From the NCBI GenBank assembly GCA_038245295.1, contig JBBRSP010000013.1, positions 64,001 to 128,000 of the forward strand: DNA of 64,000 nt, written 5' to 3'. This document shows, in pieces, positions 39,950 through 50,350 of the stretch (within the stretch, counting starts at the first letter, position 1; each line of letters opens with the position of its first letter). A model generated the notes under the pieces. The model searched no databases and had not been told where the DNA came from. It saw nothing but the letters and a program-made list of their open reading frames with translations. This stretch comes from Candidatus Binatia bacterium (GTDB lineage Bacteria; Desulfobacterota; Binatia; HRBIN30). The translations under genes and the position numbers were made by a program.

Positions 39950-42900
39950 TCATCCTCTGCACTGCACCGACGTTATGCTCCTGACGACGCGCGTCGTACA
40001 AATCGGATATCGCGCGAAGGCGAAATAGCCACTGGCATCTCGGATGGATAGATCGAGGGGACTGCGCAAGGTTGGGAAGCTGCCGGCCAGCTCGATGTGC
40101 AACTTGGCGCGCAGTGTCGTCAGGCCGTTGGTGCCGTAGACGAAGTGCATTCGGTCGGTGTGATGCAGCAACAGCTGCGTGCTGCAGAATGCATCACTGC
40201 CACCGGGGCAACCTCTACCCTGACTCAACGGTGGGCCGGGCAGCGTGGTTGCGATTGTCGCCCCTGCGGCATCGACCACGGCGATATCAATCGGGGCTTG
40301 AATCACCGAGTCGTTCAGCGGCGGAAGGTAACAGCCCGGCGGCGCCGGGCAGCGCGTCGCGCTGAGTTGCAGTTGAACTTCGTGCGGCCGCTGGGCGGTC
40401 CAGATGAACTTCAATGTCTTTGCACCGAGGCATGGCCCCACTGCCGTAAATGGGGTTACGGTTGCGGTTGGCGCTCCTGGAACCGGGGTTCCCGTGGGTG
40501 TTCGAGTGGCGAGGTTGGCGACTGGGGTTCGCGTCGCGGTCGGGATCCCCGCAATCACGGTTCGCGTCGGGGTCAACGAACCCACCGGCGCCACAACACC
40601 GCCTTGGATGTTGGTAACGTCGCTCGACTGGTTGTTGCCGGCGTTTGTATCGTTGGCGGTGGAAACCGAAGCGATGTTCACCACCACCGCCGGCGCATCG
40701 TTGGCCACGACCACATCAAGCGTAATCGTTGCAATCACCCCGACGGCCAGGGAATTGGCGTGCAGGCAGGTGACGCGCTGTGCGAAGGCAGAGCAAGCCC
40801 AGCCGCTGCCCGAAGCCGAGGCGTAGGTGAGCCCAACCGGCAGGTCGTCGATGATGGTGGTGACGCCCGCCGTGGCGCTGCTGCCCACATTGGTCAGGGT
40901 CAACGTGTAGGTGCCACGCTGCCCCGGACGGAACGAGCCCGAATGTCGCTTCACCAGACGCAGATCCGGTGCGCCTGTTCCAGGTATGAATGTCGACGTA
41001 CGTGTTGGTGTCGCGGTGCGGCTTGCCGACGTAGATGTCGGCGTTGCCGGCACGAGAGCGGCCGTCACCTGGGTGATCGTAGCGTCACCGGGGGCTGCCG
41101 TGGCCGGATCATCGGTGCCCCCGGTGGGGAAACCAAAGATGAATCCCTGAGCTTGATTCGAAAGCTGGGTAACACCGGGCGGCAGCGGATTGTTGATCGT
41201 CACCAGAAAGCTTGTCGAAACACTGCCGCCGCGGCCGGGAATCGTCCCGACGTCCGCCGCCACTCGCGTGTCACCGGGATTGTTGCCGCTGGTGATCGTG
41301 CCCTGACTGATGCGTACAGATCCGACCACCAGGGTCGATGCCGGGTCGGGGTCGTCGATGGCCGAGATGCCCGTCACCGCTCCGTTGCCGGTGTTGGTGA
41401 AATCGATGAGATAGAGAAGCGTATCGCCGGCGCTCGGCACCCCGTTGCCGTCGGCGTCGGTGAACAGGACGGCGCGTTTCTCCGCCGTGCCGGCGCCACC
41501 CGCCGTCACCAACGTAACTGTAGGGTCGTGCAGGGGCGCGGTGTCCGGATCGTCGGATGCCACCGTTGGCAATTCATTGCTGCTGACCAATGCTTGATTA
41601 CTGATCTGCGTTACCCCTGGGGCGAGAGGGTCGGTAATGGTGACGAGAAAGCGGACGGTGACGGCCCCTCCCAATCCCGGGATGGAGCCCATCGCGACAG
41701 CGACACTCGTATCCCCAGGATTGTTGCCGCTGCTGACGGTGCCGGCGCTGGTTTGCACCGATCCCACGACCAGGACCGCATTTGTGTCGATCGCGTCGGT
41801 GAGCCGGGTCAGCGTCGCCGCAATGTTGCCGCTGTTGTTGACCTGGATCACATACAACAGAGTATCGCCCGGCGACGGCGCGTTATCGCCATCGGCATCG
41901 GTGAACAGGCTGTCTCTTTTGCTCACTTCCAAGAGCGGCGCCGCAGTCACCACGGTTCCAGTTGCATCGTTGGGCGTGCTGGTGCTCGGGTCGTCCGTGG
42001 CGACGAACGGCAACTCGTTACTGCCGCCGACCGCTTGATTGGCGACACGCGTCACACCGGCGGGCAGTGGAGAATTGATCGTTGCCAGGAAGCTTGCCGT
42101 GAACCGACCACCACCGCCGGGGACTGTACCAATGGTGATGCCGACAGCGCTGTCGCCCGGGCTGTTGCCGCTGGTGATCGTGCCCTGGGTCGCTTGCACC
42201 GATCCGACCACCAGGGTCGTGTTGGGATCGAGGTTGTCGTTCAAAAAAGCGCCGGTTGCGGCGCTATTGCCGCTGTTCACAATATCGATGCGGTAAAGCA
42301 ACGTATCGCCGGGCGAAGGAACCGTGTTGCCGTCCGCATCATTAAAAAGAGTAGCCGTCTTGTCGGCGCTGCCGGCCGGTGCGGCGGTTACGTGGGTCAC
42401 CGTCGCATCGTTCGGCGCCGCCGTCGTTGGATCATCGGTGCCGCCTGACGGGAAGCCGAAGACAAATCCCTGAGCTTGATTCGCTACCTGGGTTACCCCC
42501 GGCGGCAAAGGGCTATTGATCGTCGCCAGAAAGCTGCCGGTGACACGGCCGCCGCGGCCGGGAATGGTTCCGACGTCGACGCCGATCGAGGTATCTCCGG
42601 GGCTGTTGCCGCTGGTGACGGTCCCTTGACTCACCTGCACCGAGCCGACGACCAGCGTGGTATTCGGATCGGGATTGTCGACCGCGGTGACGCTGCCTAC
42701 GGACCCATTGCCGGTGTTGGTGAAGGCGAACAAATACAGCAGAGTGTCGCCGGGGCTTGGTGCCCCATCGCCGTCGGCATCGACGAACAGGGTGGCGGTC
42801 TTCGTGCCCTGGCCTGCAGGTCCAGCCGTAACCTGGGTGATCGTCGGATCGCGGTCCAACGCGGTCGTCGGGTCGCTGCTCGGCTCAGCCGGGAAGTTCG

Positions 42901-45900
42901 CTCCGGTTGCCTGTGCCTGGTTGCTCACCTGCGTTACGCCAGCCGGCAACGGGTCGACAATGATGACCCGGAAGGTGATGGTCGTGCTAGCGCCGCCGCC
43001 GGGTAAGGTACCGACGTCGACGACGAGATGGGTATCGCCGGGAGAATTACCAACAGTGACTACGCCGTCGTGGGTCTGAACCGATCCTACGACGAGTGTA
43101 GTGTTGCTGTCCGGCGTGTCGCTGATGCTCACACCGGCAGCGGCTTGATTGCCGGTATTGCGGAGTGTCAGATCGTAGCCGAGGGTGTCGCCGGGCGAAG
43201 GGAAACCGTCGGCGTCGGCATCCGTGAGCAGGAATACGGCTTTCGAGAGGGAGATCGCCGGGGTGGTTGTCACCGTGGTACGCGTGGGGTCATTGATTGC
43301 CGCGGTGTCGGGGGCATCGGTCAACTGGGTCGAGAAATTCCCACCACTCACCGAGCCTTGGTTTTGCACCGCCGTCACGTTGGCCGGCAGCGGGTTGTTG
43401 ATCGTGGTGCGAAAGGTGATCGAAACCGTTTCATCGTTGCCTGGAATGGTGCCGACCAAGACATTGATCGACGTGTCACCCGGATTGTTTCCGACGCTTA
43501 CGGTGCCGGCGCTCGTCTGAACCGAGCCGACGACCAACGCCATATTGGACTCGATCAGGTCATTGAAGGAAGTGCTCGCGCTGGCCGCATTCCCGCTATT
43601 CCGGATCGTCACGCGATAGAGCAGGGTATCGCCCGGCGACGGTTGCCCGTCGGCATCGGCATCGACCAGCAGCGTCGCCACCTTGGTAGCCTTGAGGACC
43701 GCCTCAACATCGATAGTCGTCACGGTAGGATCGGCGTTGCCGGGTTGAGATGGATCATCGGTGACGGCGACGGGAAGCTCATTGCTGCTGATGTGTCCCT
43801 GGTTACTGAGCTGCGTCACTCCGGCGGCGACGGGATTGGCGACATCGATCAGGAATGTGATGGTAACCGAGCTGCCGGCCGGCAGGGTGCCCAGATCGAC
43901 GCCGACGCTGGTGCTGCCGACGACATTCCCACTCGTGATGGTGCCCTGCGTTGTTGTCACCGAACCGGCGACCAGCGGAGCATTCCCATCCGGTGTGTCG
44001 TTGAAGAGCACAGCCGTCGCTGCTGCATCGCCGGTGTTCTGGATGGAGATGTCGTAACGCAGCCGATCACCCGGTGACGGGATGCCGTTGAAATCGTTGT
44101 CGCTCAGCAATGCCACGGTCTTGCTAGCGCGCAGGACGGGGTTCCCGGTGACCTGCGTAACCGTGGGATCGTTGGTTCCGTCGACGGACGGGTCGTCGGT
44201 CGACACCGTCGGCAACTCGTTGCTCGCCACGGTACCCTGGTTGCGAACACTCGTTACGCCTGGGGGCAACGCGTTGATGGTGACGTCGAAGGTAATGGTT
44301 GCGGCGCCGCTGGCCGCCACAGATCCGAGATCAATGGTCAGTGGCGGTGCTCCACCGTTGCCGCTGACGATCGAGCCTTGTGTGGTCGTGACCGAGCCCG
44401 GCACCAGGCTGGTGACGTTGTCGGGGATATCGTTGAACGCCACACTTGTCGCCACACCGTTGCCGCTGTTCGCGATGCTCACCTGGTAGCGCAGGACATC
44501 GCCGGGTGAGGCGATGCCGTCGAGATCGTTGTCGGCGAACAGGATGGCGATCTTCTGCGCGCTCAGAACCGGCTTCGGCGTTGCGGTGCTGGTTGCGGTC
44601 TGCGTCGGACTGGGTGTTGCCGTCGGAGTCTGGGTTGGGGTGATGGTCGGGGTAGGGGTCGTCGTTGGTGTGGTCGTTGGCGTCGATGTCGGCACGGTCA
44701 GGGTGTCCGATGCGGGCAACGTGCTGGTGCCGGCATTGTTGCTAGCCAGCGTCGAGGAGCTGTTGCTGTACACGCCGCCGTTCGACACGGTGACGTTTAC
44801 AGCGACCGTGCACGAGCTGTTCGCCGCGACCGAGCCGTTGTTGTAGCGCACCCCCACATCGCCGACGTTCAGGCTGCCGTTCGCCGCGTCGGCGATCGTG
44901 CCACCGCAGGTATTTACGACTGTCAGGTTGGCAATCGTCATGGCGCCGGGGGTGATCGGAAAGACATCGGTGAATGCCGGATTGGCCAGAGCCACGGCCA
45001 CCAGGTTGGTGTTGGTCAACGTGAAGGTCAGGGTGCTTACGCCGCCACCGAAGATGGGATCGGGCGAGAAGCTTTTGGTGATCGTCGGGCTGTTGCCGAG
45101 CACCGTAAGGTTGACGACGGCGCTGGCGGTGCCGGCCGTTTGTGTTTGGTTGGTCAGGACGCCGGAAGCCTGGTTGGGATAGACGCCGGGCAAAAGCGAG
45201 GTGACCACGACGGTCACGGTGCACGTGCCAGGGCTTCCAGCTGGGATGGTGAGGCCGCTGAAGCTGAGATTCGTCTGACCCGTGGTGAAGGTATTCGCCG
45301 CCACACCGACGCAGGTTCCGCCGGCGGACTGGTTGCCATTGATCGAGATACCCCCCAGCGTGTCGCTGAAGCTGGCGCCGGTCAAACCACCCGGCAACAA
45401 GGCGGCGCTGTTCGGGTTCGACAGCGTGAAGGTGATGGTACTGGTCGAACCGACCGGGATCGATACCGGATTGAATGCCTTGATGATGGATGGCTTGGAG
45501 ACCACGACGAGGATTGCGCTGGCCGGATCCGGGTTCGTCGAGCCCTCGACCGTCGATACAGCGTTCGCCGGGATCGTATTCGTATAGGACCCCGGGCTCG
45601 CCGCTACCGGTACATTGACATTACATGCCCCGCCGGCCGCCAGGAGTGCGCCATCCACTTCGATCTGCGTTCCGCCGAGCGGCGCAATCACGGTTGCGCC
45701 ACTACACGACGTGGTCGCCGCACCAGCCACGGTCAGTCCTGCCGGCAGGGTATCGATCACACCCGGGGCGCTGAGGGTTCGAGTCACGGTATTGCTGTTG
45801 TAGAGAACGAGGGTCAGGATGCTCTGCCCGCCCGCCTCGAGGGGATTGGGGGTGAAGAATTTGCCGATGTTGACGTTGCGCAGGATGGTCAACGTTGCGG

Positions 45901-48367
45901 AAGGTGAGTTGTTATTGGTCACTCCTTCCGTCGAACCTATGGCGCCAACAGGAATCGTGTTGATGTGGTTGCCGTCGACGTAGCCGGTGACATTTACGGC
46001 GATGGTGCAAACCGAGTTCGCGGTGATGCTGGCGCCGGACAGGCTGAACTGGCTGGTGCCCGGCACCGCGGTTACGGTACCGGCGCTGCAGCCGCTGCCG
46101 CTGAAGCTCGGGTTGGCGTTCGCGTGCACTTGCAAGTTCGCCGGCAGAACGTCGGTGAGCGACACATTGGTGAGATTGAAGGCGCCAGGCTGGTTGTTGG
46201 AGATGGTAATCTGCGCCGTCACCGGTGCGCCGCCGTTGCTGACGACGGGGAGGAACGCCTTGTTGAGGGATACGGCGGAAACGGCGCGGGTCAGTGTGGC
46301 ACTGGCCGTGGTGTTGTAGGTCGCGCCCTCAGCGGTGGTCAGAGCATTGGCGGCGAGCGTATTCACCGACGACCCCACCGTGACCGGTGTCTTGATGTTG
46401 ACCTGGATGGTGCAGCTGGTGGCCCCGACACCGAGGAATCCGCCGGACAACGACAGGGTGAGCGCCGCCGGCACGGCCGTGACCGTTCCGCCACAGGTGT
46501 TCACGACGTTCGGCGTCGCCGCCACGCTGTGACCGGCCGGGAGGTTGTCGGTGATCCCCATATTGGAGAAGGCAACGACGCCAGCCGTATGGCTGATCGT
46601 GATCGTCATTCGCGAAACACCCCCCGGCACAACGGTCGCCGGAGCGAAAGACTTCGCCACATTGGCGGCGCGCGACACGGTCAATGTGGCGGTTGCGGCG
46701 TTCTGATTGCTTCCGCCATCGGTCACCAGGGCGTTCGCGGCGACCGTGTTGGTGCGACTCCCGTTGGTCGCATTGATCGACAGTGCGATCGGGACGACGA
46801 CGGCGCAGTTGCCGTTGGCCGGAATGATGCCACCGGTAAGGCTGATCGACGTGGCCCCGGGCGGCGCGGTCAGGACGCTGCCGCACGATGTCGAGGCAGC
46901 CGGGGCGCTGCCGACCGTGAAACCGGTGCCGAGCGTGTTCAGATCGTCGACGAACGAGCTGATCGCCGCCGGCGCGCTGCCGGCATTGGCGAGGATGATG
47001 GTCAGCGTTGTGCTTCCACTCTGCACCGGTGTCGCCGGGCTAAACGACTTGGCCACCGTCACCGGGCTGGCCAACACCGTGAGCGTCGCATTGGTGGCGA
47101 CGTAGTTGATGCCACTGAACGTGCCGGCCGGAATCACGTTGACCAGCGCGCCCGATGTGTCGCCGCGCACCACAGCGGTGACGGTGCAGGCACCAGAGCC
47201 ATTGATGTTCGGGTTGCTGGCTAGCGGGATGGTGCCGCCGGTGAGCTGAATCTGGTTGGCCGTGAAGGAGGCTGAGCCGCCGCATGTTGTCGACACCGGA
47301 CCGACAGCGGTGATGCCGGCAGGCAAATTGTCGATCAGGGCAGCGCCGGTAATCGCCGTCGGGTTATAGTTGCGCAAGGTGAGGGTGATGGTTGACGTCG
47401 CGCCGGCGAAAATCGTCGCCGGGGAAAAGGCTTTGGTCACCTGGGCACCGGTCTGAACCGTGATGCTGCCGCTGATCGCGGCGCTGTTCGATGCACCCTG
47501 CGTAGTTGTGATTGTATTGGCGGCAAGCGTGTTGGTGACCGACGCGTTCTGCGCCACGCTGGCGCGGGCGCTGTCGACCGTGACGCGCACGGTGATCGTA
47601 CAGGAGCTGTTGGCAGCGATCGACGCACCGGTCACGCGGAAGCCAGTGTCGTTCGGATCGAGACTGCCGCCAGCCGCATCGGTGAAGCTGCCGCCGCAAG
47701 TGCCGCCGGTGGCAACCGGGCTGGCGATGACCAGGGGCACAGGCAGGTTGTCCGTAACGGAAAGATTGGTGAGCCCGCGGATGTTGGGGTTCGAGAGCGT
47801 GATGGTCACCAGGCTCGAGCCGGTGATGTGAACCGCGGTGCCCGTCAGACTCTTGGTGCCGGTGAGCGCCAGAGTGTTCGCTACAGTCAGCGTCGCGCTT
47901 GCCGCGGCTGGATTGGCGCCCTGACTCGATGTCACCCCTGCGGCTGGAATAGTGTTGACGTAGGTTCCGGAAGTATTCGAGGTAACCACGACACTGATCG
48001 CGCAGGTGCCAGAGCTAGTGCCGGTTCCGGCCGGCACGGTGCCGCCGCTGAGCGAGACGCTGGTGTTCGGTAGAATTGCCACACTTCCACCGCAGCTATT
48101 GGCGCTCACCGAGCTGACCACGACACTGGCGGGGAGCGTGTCGGTGAACGACGCGCCCGTCGCCGGCACCATGGCCGAGTTGAAAAGCTGGATGGTCAGC
48201 GTCGAAGGATCACCGGGGAAGATGTTGATTGGGCTGAAGCTTTTGTTCACGTCGACGACGGCGAGCGCCGACGCAGCGTAAACCGAGAGGGCAAAAACAA
48301 TGCCGAGACCCTTCAAAACGGTGCCGCCCACACTGCGGCGAAGTGTTACAAATGGCTGAATTGTCAT
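39950..48367 (-). CDS. Giant secreted repeat protein/adhesin (2805 aa) with DUF11-like Ig-type repeats and PT linkers
   Basis: Signal peptide; 9 Cys-containing K(S/A)FxP-type repeats; PT linker; 8 repeats with DxDx(D/N)-xxxSPGD; one further DUF11-like unit; Cys-rich C-terminal domain. Confidence 0.85.
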   Translation of the reverse strand: MTIQPFVTLRRSVGGTVLKGLGIVFALSVYAASALAVVDVNKSFSPINIFPGDPSTLTIQLFNSAMVPATGASFTDTLPASVVVSSVSANSCGGSVAILPNTSVSLSGGTVPAGTGTSSGTCAISVVVTSNTSGTYVNTIPAAGVTSSQGANPAAASATLTVANTLALTGTKSLTGTAVHITGSSLVTITLSNPNIRGLTNLSVTDNLPVPLVIASPVATGGTCGGSFTDAAGGSLDPNDTGFRVTGASIAANSSCTITVRVTVDSARASVAQNASVTNTLAANTITTTQGASNSAAISGSITVQTGAQVTKAFSPATIFAGATSTITLTLRNYNPTAITGAALIDNLPAGITAVGPVSTTCGGSASFTANQIQLTGGTIPLASNPNINGSGACTVTAVVRGDTSGALVNVIPAGTFSGINYVATNATLTVLASPVTVAKSFSPATPVQSGSTTLTIILANAGSAPAAISSFVDDLNTLGTGFTVGSAPAASTSCGSVLTAPPGATSISLTGGIIPANGNCAVVVPIALSINATNGSRTNTVAANALVTDGGSNQNAATATLTVSRAANVAKSFAPATVVPGGVSRMTITISHTAGVVAFSNMGITDNLPAGHSVAATPNVVNTCGGTVTAVPAALTLSLSGGFLGVGATSCTIQVNIKTPVTVGSSVNTLAANALTTAEGATYNTTASATLTRAVSAVSLNKAFLPVVSNGGAPVTAQITISNNQPGAFNLTNVSLTDVLPANLQVHANANPSFSGSGCSAGTVTAVPGTSQFSLSGASITANSVCTIAVNVTGYVDGNHINTIPVGAIGSTEGVTNNNSPSATLTILRNVNIGKFFTPNPLEAGGQSILTLVLYNSNTVTRTLSAPGVIDTLPAGLTVAGAATTSCSGATVIAPLGGTQIEVDGALLAAGGACNVNVPVAASPGSYTNTIPANAVSTVEGSTNPDPASAILVVVSKPSIIKAFNPVSIPVGSTSTITFTLSNPNSAALLPGGLTGASFSDTLGGISINGNQSAGGTCVGVAANTFTTGQTNLSFSGLTIPAGSPGTCTVTVVVTSLLPGVYPNQASGVLTNQTQTAGTASAVVNLTVLGNSPTITKSFSPDPIFGGGVSTLTFTLTNTNLVAVALANPAFTDVFPITPGAMTIANLTVVNTCGGTIADAANGSLNVGDVGVRYNNGSVAANSSCTVAVNVTVSNGGVYSNSSSTLASNNAGTSTLPASDTLTVPTSTPTTTPTTTPTPTITPTQTPTATPSPTQTATSTATPKPVLSAQKIAILFADNDLDGIASPGDVLRYQVSIANSGNGVATSVAFNDIPDNVTSLVPGSVTTTQGSIVSGNGGAPPLTIDLGSVAASGAATITFDVTINALPPGVTSVRNQGTVASNELPTVSTDDPSVDGTNDPTVTQVTGNPVLRASKTVALLSDNDFNGIPSPGDRLRYDISIQNTGDAAATAVLFNDTPDGNAPLVAGSVTTTQGTITSGNVVGSTSVGVDLGTLPAGSSVTITFLIDVANPVAAGVTQLSNQGHISSNELPVAVTDDPSQPGNADPTVTTIDVEAVLKATKVATLLVDADADGQPSPGDTLLYRVTIRNSGNAASASTSFNDLIESNMALVVGSVQTSAGTVSVGNNPGDTSINVLVGTIPGNDETVSITFRTTINNPLPANVTAVQNQGSVSGGNFSTQLTDAPDTAAINDPTRTTVTTTPAISLSKAVFLLTDADADGFPSPGDTLGYDLTLRNTGNQAAAGVSISDTPDSNTTLVVGSVQTHDGVVTVGNSPGDTHLVVDVGTLPGGGASTTITFRVIIVDPLPAGVTQVSNQAQATGANFPAEPSSDPTTALDRDPTITQVTAGPAGQGTKTATLFVDADGDGAPSPGDTLLYLFAFTNTGNGSVGSVTAVDNPDPNTTLVVGSVQVSQGTVTSGNSPGDTSIGVDVGTIPGRGGRVTGSFLATINSPLPPGVTQVANQAQGFVFGFPSGGTDDPTTAAPNDATVTHVTAAPAGSADKTATLFNDADGNTVPSPGDTLLYRIDIVNSGNSAATGAFLNDNLDPNTTLVVGSVQATQGTITSGNSPGDSAVGITIGTVPGGGGRFTASFLATINSPLPAGVTRVANQAVGGSNELPFVATDDPSTSTPNDATGTVVTAAPLLEVSKRDSLFTDADGDNAPSPGDTLLYVIQVNNSGNIAATLTRLTDAIDTNAVLVVGSVQTSAGTVSSGNNPGDTSVAVAMGSIPGLGGAVTVRFLVTITDPLAPGVTQISNQALVSSNELPTVASDDPDTAPLHDPTVTLVTAGGAGTAEKRAVLFTDADGNGVPSAGDTLLYLIDFTNTGNGAVTGISAIDDPDPASTLVVGSVRISQGTITSGNNPGDTRVAADVGTIPGRGGSVSTSFLVTINNPLPPGVTQLSNQAQGFIFGFPTGGTDDPATAAPGDATITQVTAALVPATPTSTSASRTATPTRTSTFIPGTGAPDLRLVKRHSGSFRPGQRGTYTLTLTNVGSSATAGVTTIIDDLPVGLTYASASGSGWACSAFAQRVTCLHANSLAVGVIATITLDVVVANDAPAVVVNIASVSTANDTNAGNNQSSDVTNIQGGVVAPVGSLTPTRTVIAGIPTATRTPVANLATRTPTGTPVPGAPTATVTPFTAVGPCLGAKTLKFIWTAQRPHEVQLQLSATRCPAPPGCYLPPLNDSVIQAPIDIAVVDAAGATIATTLPGPPLSQGRGCPGGSDAFCSTQLLLHHTDRMHFVYGTNGLTTLRAKLHIELAGSFPTLRSPLDLSIRDASGYFAFARYPICTTRVVRSITSVQCRG

Positions 48368-48800
48368 CTCGACTCCTCACGCTGCAACCAGGCAGATTCG
48401 GGCTCGACGACGCGCCGCACGTGGATGCAGAAACGCCGAGGGGCTTGTGGACAACCGTTCGCAAGCAACGTCTGGATTCTTCAGTCACTGGCATCGCTCT
48501 GGCCCGCGTGGTTGCGATGCCTTCAGTGGGTGTGTGCCAAACAGAATTTACCGTAGGCTCATTTGTGGGGGTAACAAGCACCGCAGACTACCCGCGTAGG
48601 TCTACGTGGCTTGCCGGCGGCGCGCGCCGCCCCGCAGCGCGCCGGCTGGAGCCGGCGACTACCGTCTCGCTTATCGCTGGTCTGCTTTGTTTTGCCCTGA
48701 GGCGGGGCGCGGATTTCAGACAGCGATGCGTTGCGGCCGGCCGCGTTCATCGAGGACGGCGTTGGCTGGTTGAGCCTTCGACCAGTTTAGGGGCGATCTC

Positions 48801-48823
48801 GTAGGGGCGGTTCGCGAACCGCC
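48801..48823 (+). repeat. GTAG-class REP-like palindrome GTAGGGGCGGTTCGCGAACCGCC
   Basis: GTAG tetranucleotide at the foot of a GGCGGTTC/GAACCGCC hairpin; partial reverse copy at 61362-61374. Confidence 0.6.
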
Positions 48824-49181
48824 TGGCGATCCGGCGGTGCTGACAGCTGACGCTTCGCTGCTGCGTGCGGCGTTTCTCGCTTCGTTCCACGGTGCATGTC
48901 CGGCTGCGGGCACCAATCACAACCATCGCCGCCGCTACTAGTACTCCGAGAGTCTGCCTCTTGTCATCGAGCGAGCCCCAGAAAGCCGACCGCCGAGCGG
49001 CAATCAGCCGCGCGGCGCCCTGGCCGCGTCGGCTGCAACGTTCTTCTTCGGCCCTCGGCCATCGCATCGGTTCAGCCACCAACATGATCCTGCATTGCGA
49101 AGAACTAGATGACGACGAAAGGCTCACGTTCGAAACCGTTGCCGCGCACGATGACTCCACGAACCCGAGGTTGGTTGCCAC

Positions 49182-49259
49182 GGATGAACACAGATACACA
49201 CCGACGCAGGCCTGCGGCCCGCCGGCTCTTTGCCGTTGGCAAGCCATCTGTGTTCATCC
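49182..49259. repeat. 14-bp perfect inverted repeat GGATGAACACAGAT / ATCTGTGTTCATCC
   Basis: Arms at 49182-49195 and 49246-49259. Confidence 0.7.
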
Positions 49260-49401
49260 CATTCATCTGTGCCAATATTTCTGCACTCGCGCTCTCGCGG
49301 TGGGCACAAGCCGAACGCCGAGCTTCTGCGGCGCGCGCGATTTTCGCGCGTCCGCAGCAAGCAATCGTTAGGCATACCGGTTGTGGTCTCAGGATCAAGG
49401 A

Positions 49402-49794
49402 TTACGGACCTTTCGTAAATCCTGACAGGTTTGAGGCCAAGTCCGAATAATCTGTTGGACCGTGGGCAGCGCCGTGTTCGTGCTCCATATATTCGGAAAT
49501 CCGAACAAGGCAATCGGTGGCGCAATACAACCCCCACCCGGCGTTCTCGCAGTTCGAAACAGCATCGCGCTCGTAGTCATCGGCTGCTTGCGAATTTCCG
49601 CCGCCGCGCTCCAGCCGGGCCAGCCTGATGTAGGTGAGCGCTTTGTCTGCGAAGTGGGCGTTAGCACCCCACGAAGGACGCGCCGCATGAATCTCATCCG
49701 ATTCATCCAAGAAGGACAGCAGTGCCTCACGATAGCCCGCAGCGTCGCCCATCGTTCGTTGTAGATCAACATTGCCGGAGTACCGCGCCAGCAA
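49402..49794 (-). CDS. Hypothetical protein, possibly a 5'-degraded remnant
   Basis: 130-aa ORF with natural-looking helical composition in a less GC-rich patch; TTG start without a clear RBS. Confidence 0.3.
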   Translation of the reverse strand: MLARYSGNVDLQRTMGDAAGYREALLSFLDESDEIHAARPSWGANAHFADKALTYIRLARLERGGGNSQAADDYERDAVSNCENAGWGLYCATDCLVRISEYMEHEHGAAHGPTDYSDLASNLSGFTKGP

Positions 49795-50350
49795 GATGAT
49801 CGCATTACCTTCTAAACCGGCGGGGCTTGCGAACTGAAATGCGACCGTTGTTCTAAAAAGCAGCGTCCGGAAATTGTTTATGCATAGGTTTGGTCAGCAG
49901 ACCTTAGGATATAGTAGTTACGTGTCGAGCGAGTTCACTATCCATTGGCTGACGCTTCTCTCGCCGGGCGTTTGGTGCCGGCTCCGCCGCTTTCTCCTGT
50001 CGATCGATTCTCATTTGAATCTCAACGCTCCCGGGTTGTTTTGGGGCGCTGTGCTTGGTGGCTTGGCCTTCCTGCGAAAAAAAGTGTGTCCCAATGAAAA
50101 TAGTCGGGAGCGTTCGCCTCCCCCTGGAAACAACTGCTGGTGGCCGTGGGGAAGCAGCAGCACGGCGTCGGCTTCCGGGTGTCTGCCGCTTGGTCGGATG
50201 TTCAGGATGACGACGCCGCGTTCCGGGTCGGCGGTGAGGATGTCCGGCGCGGCCGCCGCGATGATAGCCGGCGGCGCGGCGCCGGGGCGCGGCGGCAGGA
50301 GTTGTTTCCAGGCATCGAAGTGAGCGGACTGGCTGTGTCTCAGCAAGGGA

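Noticed and set aside
39664..39984. Short ORFs between rpiB and the adhesin
   Set aside because: No recognisable motifs; overlapping alternatives on both strands
41060..44570. Diversity-generating retroelement TR/VR pair among similar repeats
   Set aside because: No reverse transcriptase in the window; the similarity is explained by domain duplication
40097..47831. Long plus-strand ORFs (e.g. 783 aa at 40097..42448) opposite the giant gene
   Set aside because: Antisense shadow ORFs of a GC-rich repetitive CDS; Arg-rich with no motifs
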